Notes under the pieces: model-generated
Seen by the model: the letters and a program-made list of their open reading frames with translations, nothing else
Database searches by the model: none
What the model was told of the DNA's origin: nothing
Origin: an uncultured Bacilli bacterium
GTDB lineage: Bacteria; Bacillota_I; Bacilli_A; RF39; UBA660
NCBI GenBank assembly: GCA_934085585.1
Contig: CAKOHI010000007.1
Span: 5,214-69,213, forward strand
Direction of reading: 5' to 3'
Length of the DNA stretch: 64,000 nt
Program-made: the position numbers and the translations under genes
Part shown: positions 62,452 to 64,000 of the stretch, one piece after another
How the letters are laid out: each line of letters opens with the position of its first letter
Numbering within the stretch: position 1 is the first letter of the stretch

Positions 62452-63678
62452 TTATGGAATTACATTAAATACTGTTGGAATTCCTCTGGTTTTATGGCTT
62501 CCCGTTGAATCTATTGGGTCATTAATCATTGTGCCTTCAACTACCATAGCTGATGAAGTACCTCCATCTAAATTTGCAGCATTTATAGCACCATATCTTT
62601 GCATTATATTTACTAAATCAACCATAGTTGCACCTTTGGTTCGAGATACATTAGAATCAACTACTAAAAATAAAACTATACCATCTTTTCGTTGCCCAAT
62701 TGCAGTTCTAGCAGCTATTCCCCATCCACCATTACCTTTTGTAAATGATGGTACTCCGTTTACTATCAAAAATGGGGCCATTGTAACAGCGTCTCTAACT
62801 CCAGCCTCAAGAGCTTTTTCTCCATCAATATCGTGCATTAACACTAAAGTATTATCTTTATTAAAGCCAATTATTCCGTATGTTGAATTTAAAGCTAATT
62901 TTTCATCTGTTATAATTTTTCCATTTGATATTGTTACTCCGACTGGACGTTCTCCTTTTGTATTGTGACCAGGATCTAAAAATCCTCCACCATTTATGGT
63001 TAGAACCGATCCTTGTTCTTTAGCCATATCATAAACATATTGACCACTCCTACCTAACCATTTAGAGTATCCAACCTTGATTTTACTAGCATCATAAACT
63101 ACACCCAGATAGGCTTTTGCACCATTGACATCTAAATTAATAACTTTATATAAGACGCCCTCTTCTCTTTCAAGTATTTCTCTTTCATATTCATTGGCAT
63201 AATTTATTGTTTCAGTATGATCTATTAAAGAAGGATCTGTTTGTCTTCCACCATCATCAATATAGTTATTGCCCAATACTTTATTTATTTCTTCATCATT
63301 ATAAAACCATTTACAATAATGTTGATGATTCATCGTTGCCATGGCAGTTGTAATTAGCCAATTTTTAAAGTTTTCTACTGGTCCATATAATAGAATTAAA
63401 AATGTTATGCACCCCATTACATAAAGACTTACTAAACTTGAAAATATCCATGTAATTTTTTTAGCATAGCCTTTTCTCTTTTTATTTTTTATTAATAGAA
63501 AAATACCACAAAATAAAGAAATAACACTTACAATAATTAAACCTAATGAAATATTTTTAAAAACATTATTTACTAATAATGATGAGTTAATTCCTATTAT
63601 ATAAAAAACTAAAAATGTTAATAAAATAAATAAACTTATCCAAATTATTATTATGCTTTTTTGTTTTTGATTTTTCAT
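62452..63678 (-). CDS. phosphodiester glycosidase family protein (DUF2233/NAGPA-like), membrane-anchored
   Basis: 3 N-terminal TM helices. The C-terminal domain has INGGGF, TAIGQRKDG and NLDGGTSSAMVVEG motifs, typical of this family. Confidence 0.7.
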   Translation of the reverse strand: MKNQKQKSIIIIWISLFILLTFLVFYIIGINSSLLVNNVFKNISLGLIIVSVISLFCGIFLLIKNKKRKGYAKKITWIFSSLVSLYVMGCITFLILLYGPVENFKNWLITTAMATMNHQHYCKWFYNDEEINKVLGNNYIDDGGRQTDPSLIDHTETINYANEYEREILEREEGVLYKVINLDVNGAKAYLGVVYDASKIKVGYSKWLGRSGQYVYDMAKEQGSVLTINGGGFLDPGHNTKGERPVGVTISNGKIITDEKLALNSTYGIIGFNKDNTLVLMHDIDGEKALEAGVRDAVTMAPFLIVNGVPSFTKGNGGWGIAARTAIGQRKDGIVLFLVVDSNVSRTKGATMVDLVNIMQRYGAINAANLDGGTSSAMVVEGTMINDPIDSTGSHKTRGIPTVFNVIP

Positions 63679-63709
63679 ATTACCACCTTTATATTTATAT
63701 CATAATATA

Positions 63710-64000
63710 TTATTTATGACAAGATAAAATATAACTTTCTACATCTTTTATAGTGTTATTAAAGTTATTAAAATCAACATCAAACCATTTTATAGTCATT
63801 TTATTATTAAACCAAGTATATTGTCTTTTAGCATAATGTCTACTGTTCTTTTTTATTTCTTCAATTGCTTTTTCTAGTGTAATATTATTTTCTAAATAAC
63901 TTATTATTTCTTTATACCCTATAGCTCTTTTCAAAATTAAACTATTCGGATATTTTTTATATAAGTTTTTTACTTCGTCTATTAAGCCTTGTTCTATCAT
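63710..64000 (-). CDS. miaA: tRNA dimethylallyltransferase, C-terminal part (gene continues beyond the right edge)
   Basis: ...GLIDEVKNLY...AIGYKEIISYL....LEKAIEEIKKNSRHYAKRQYTWFNN is the conserved MiaA C-terminal region. The M at 64000 is internal. Confidence 0.8.
   Translation of the reverse strand: MIEQGLIDEVKNLYKKYPNSLILKRAIGYKEIISYLENNITLEKAIEEIKKNSRHYAKRQYTWFNNKMTIKWFDVDFNNFNNTIKDVESYILSCHK

Noticed and set aside
1-64000. Alternative genetic code (UGA = Trp, Mollicutes-type), considered because of the extreme AT-richness
   Set aside because: Long ORFs are intact under the standard code, Trp positions in conserved motifs are TGG, and TGA closes several genes (for example the TrmH-like gene at 19862-19864).

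Overview
This window is 64 kb of a very AT-rich chromosome from an endospore-forming Firmicute. It uses the standard genetic code: long ORFs are intact and TGA acts as a stop. Sporulation and coat markers are present (spoIIP, yqxA-like, ylbD/ylbE-like, cotY/cotZ-like, two tiny yjcZ-like genes). I cannot assign the taxon by eye; the gene content fits Clostridia or Erysipelotrichia. Almost all genes lie on the minus strand.

The backbone is housekeeping: lepB, rplS, rseP, cdsA, a xerC/D-like recombinase, queH, divIB-murB-murG, trmD, rimM, mscL, parE-parC, prsA, a SEDS protein, tyrS with a T-box leader, tRNA-Ala(UGC), rpoZ, rpsU, hemW, lepA, spoIIP, rpsT and miaA.

Several accessory modules are embedded in this backbone:
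- A five-gene operon (21637-25228) centred on an ER/archaeal-type signal peptidase (SipW-like). It encodes four divergent TasA/camelysin-like secreted proteins, one fused to a large C-terminal module.
- A second pair of fibre-subunit-like genes (11334-13824) with textbook SipW-type signal peptides. One carries the same C-terminal module, and a decayed third copy of that module lies at about 61.8-62.2 kb.
- Three scattered prepilin-type (type IV pilin-like) genes with no assembly machinery in the window. One is a 651-aa modular pilin with a vWA/MIDAS domain.
- A two-peptide double-glycine bacteriocin locus. Its two structural genes are too short for the ORF track. It also has a C39-ABC exporter and a miniature accessory protein.
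- A tandem paralogous pair of SpoIIID-like HTH proteins wedged between lepA and hemW.
- Two Rpn/PD-(D/E)XK putative-transposase genes, one carrying a 7 x 24 bp in-frame tandem repeat.

My best candidate for an undescribed system is the distributed SipW-dependent fibre/adhesin system: the operon, the satellite locus and the shared C-terminal module. All functional calls come from motifs I could read in the translations. No database search was run.
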